Assembly: GCA_030390025.1 (NCBI GenBank) | Contig: CM059432.1 | Span: 89,530,001 to 89,594,000 of the forward strand | Source: Squalus acanthias | Lineage: Eukaryota | DNA length: 64,000 nucleotides | Direction: 5' to 3' | Shown here: positions 61,102 through 64,000 of the stretch, in pieces | How positions within the stretch are numbered: the stretch's first letter is position 1 | How the letters are laid out: the number at the start of each line of letters is the position of its first letter | Position numbers and translations under genes: made by a program | Notes under the pieces: model-generated | Databases searched by the model: none | The model's input: the letters and a program-made list of their open reading frames with translations, nothing else | Told to the model about the DNA's origin: nothing

Positions 61102-62752
61102 GGCCACAAAATTGAAGCCTTTATCTCCAGCCATTAAGGCCAGTTTGGAAGAAAAAATGGCGGCGGCCGCCATTTTGGACAGGTCGGCAGCGCTTCCATT
61201 GCCTGTGCTCACTGCAAAAATGGAAATGAGGCAGATCATGACGTCAATGCGTGTGCAACGCTGATTTGATGAGCGATCTGCCATTTGGTCGTCGCCGCTC
61301 CATTTTTATCGCCCTCTCCTAAACACGACCAGCTGACAATGTGTTCAGCAGCAGGAAGGACCCCACCCCAGCAGTGCTAATTAAAGGGATCATCAACAAC
61401 TGGCAGCTGACTTGCTTTTTCATTTCTACTGGCTCTGTGTAAGTTTGTGCAACTGTTTGGAGCTTTCTACAGTTATTTGAAGTTACTGAGCTGACAGGGA
61501 GTGTTGCTGCAAGTGGAGAATGCCTTGCTTCTCATTTAAAGGCTCACACCACTTGCTCCCAGTCATGGGGGCTCTACATGCAGTCCCCCTCGTGCTCGAG
61601 TATGGCAGGGAGATGGAGCGGAGGCAGCAAGAAGAGGACAAGATGCTCGCAGGGGGAGGAGGAGGAGGGGCTGGAGGGTTCTCAGCAGGATGCCTTACCT
61701 ACCTAGGGTCTTCCGAGAGCACTTCTCCTAGCTGCATTTAACCCAGGAGCAGTGTATTCGGAGGCTCCGCTTCATAAGGAGGTGGTCACAGAACTCTGCC
61801 ACCTCCTGCAACCAGACCTGCAGCCTCAGAGCAGGGAGTTCTTGGGTATCTGAAAGGAGAAAGGCACAAGGGTTGGGTTGTGGTGAGGGGAGGGGGGAAA
61901 GCAAGATGTGTATGTTTACACTATCAGCATCTTGTAAGTGAGAAGAGATTGTGGGATAAGGAGGAAGTGGGATGTGAGAATAAGGATTAGATATGAACAT
62001 ACTGTCATCATCAGTAATGCTTTCAACTTCCCCGCTTGCCACGGCCTCTGTGACGGCCCCTCCAATAATGTCTAGAACTCCTTGCTCTAGCTCTGTCAGG
62101 TTCTGGAGACGAGCTTCCCCTTCACCTGTCTGCTCCTGGCGGTTGTGAGCCACCTTTACCTGCAAGGGAGCAGGAAGTGTGTCAGTGAGTGTGGTGCAGT
62201 GTGTTTGGGTGATGTGCCTGCCTAGGTTGAATAGCTGGCAGTGTGTGTAAGGTGTGAGATGTGGGTGTGGGTCTTGCAGCAGTGATGAGTGTGTGACGGC
62301 TTCAGCAATCTCCTCCCACAGCCTGCTGATGTTCTGCCTTGAAGGCCTCCTGCCCCCCTGCGGGCAGAGGACCTGACAGCATCTTTGAACCCCCAGGACC
62401 AAGGCCTCCAGTGCTGCATCGGAAAATCTTCTTGCCCTTTCCCTTGGCTGTTGGGCCATAGCTCTCTACACAATGACAATGAGGTGCTTCTGCAACAAAG
62501 CACCTCCCCTTTAAATAGTGCAGAGAGCCTAGGCCAAACTTTATTGGCCAGTAGTCTGCACCCGATATTGGCCCCCCCCGTTCAGCTCTCAGCCAATCAG
62601 CAGCGCGTTTAGCACTGAGCTCAGCGCTCCAATCATTATAATGAGCAGGCAGCATGAATTTTGCATGCTGCCTGCACCACTTTGAACGGGCGTGGGCACA
62701 TAGCGCTTCGCACTGCCTGTGCCCGTTTCGGGCCTTATCCAATTTCTAGGCC
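61102..62752 (+). mobile_element. PIF/Harbinger copy 5: internally deleted derivative of the copy-3 subfamily
   Basis: TIRs GGCCACAAAATTG and CAATTTCTAGGCC; flanks CTT/ATT. The transposase 5' end (61566-61836, +) is fused to the Myb gene 5' part (62459-61837, -). Confidence 0.88.
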
Positions 62753-62851
62753 ATTGTGTCTTGTATGGCATAACAATCCTATTATTATAAAACACCATGA
62801 ACTGCAGTTCACAATGAGCTATGGGAGATCCACTAGTACATAGAAACACTT

Positions 62852-63016
62852 GGGGCTGAATTTCCACAGAACATTCACTGTAACTTCAGTGGAAGAACCG
62901 TGGAAACCCTGGAAAAATGAGGTAAATGCCATTCAGTCCATTTTTCCAGAGTTTGCCCGATTCTTTCATTAAAATTGTGGCAGTCAATGGGCGAACACCT
63001 GCAGAAATTCACTCCT
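62852..63016. mobile_element. Small MITE (related fragment at about 23734-23845)
   Basis: GGGGCTGAATTTCCACAG and CTGCAGAAATTCACTCC inverted ends. Confidence 0.6.
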
Positions 63017-63296
63017 CTTGCATGTCTGTCGCACCTCAATATGTCACAGAACAAAGTATGTGTTACATTTACACCTGCTTTGTTCAAGTATCAAATTCAT
63101 AAAGCAGCAGCAAATCGCAACTGGGTAATCTTAAAAAGAAAATGTATTAGAAAAGAAACAGAAAGCCACTTAGTTCCTGGTGGTTTCCGTAACCATGATT
63201 AAACATAGTGCTAGCTTAACAGCAGACAGCTTTTTCAAGGCAGTTCCTTTACAACTATTGGGAAAATGCCATCAACATGTAAGCATTCCCCTTATA

Positions 63297-63398
63297 TTTT
63301 TGTTAGGTGAGGGTATTAAGGGATAGGGAACCAAGGCGGGTAAATGGATTTGAAATCCAGATTGGCCATGATCTAATTGAATGGCAGAACAGGCTCAA
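63297..63398 (+). mobile_element. CR1 3' end fragment
   Basis: GGGTATTAAGGGATAGGGAACCAAGGCGGGTAAATGG...GCCATGATCTAATTGAATGGC. Confidence 0.75.
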
Positions 63399-64000
63399 TG
63401 TAACTGTATTTACCCCCTTTTCCTTTACTTAGTGTCTGGGAAATGAGTATTCCCCGGGTCCTAGGGAGAACAATATCAGGGTCACTGTGCAACAGCACGG
63501 GAAATCTGCTAATAGTTACCTCATTATCTATGTATAATGCACATAACCAGGACCTGATCTTTATTATAATCATATTCATTCCCTAGGGGGTTTATTTTCC
63601 TCTGTTTACTCATTTTAGAAAAATGTATATATAAGTATTAAGTCTAATTCCCTGCTTTATCTCTATGTCTACTTTTTACTGAAATTAGTGAATGGAGGAA
63701 AATATAGCCCTGGATGTTGTTGGTGTTTTATTACAAAGAAATAGAGCAATGTTCCACATGCATGAAATATCACTTAGTGGCCTCCACTGTTCACTACATT
63801 CTGGAATGGATTTAAATGCCAGCCCAGTAAGACATTAGCTCATGGTGTGTTGCAATAGTTCAAAATGCACCCTCACCTGGTGTGATATTCCATTTATTCT
63901 ATAAATGTTAAACATGTGTTTTTCTGGATGTGATTGCTGAAATCAATACAAAATTCTGTTGTGCTTGTTTTCATTTTAACATTTCTTGTCAAGTAAAAAT

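Overview
Eukaryotic, repeat-dominated DNA, very probably from a cartilaginous fish (shark): it carries an HE1/V-SINE, Deu-domain SacSINE1-like SINEs and shark-type CR1 LINEs. I found no recognisable host protein-coding gene. The main content is five PIF/Harbinger DNA transposons (about 1-3908, 13063-17302, about 38030-42000, 45250-49728, 61102-62752). Each has a HARBI1-like DDE transposase converging on a three-exon Myb/SANT gene, and all are decayed. Around them are Harbinger-type MITEs, CR1, L2, RTE and a second CR1-group LINE, three SINE families, and Penelope-like palindromes with a minimal hammerhead motif. The most unusual pattern is that G-rich tandem arrays have grown inside Harbinger-type MITEs three times: a 16-bp satellite (about 1.7 kb), a 4.2-kb array drifting to Tetrahymena-type (TTGGGG)n, and 41-bp/20-bp minisatellites. 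The seed of the largest array is the GGAGGCGGGTT motif repeated at the ends of the autonomous elements. Family names come from recall and by-eye comparison, not database searches.
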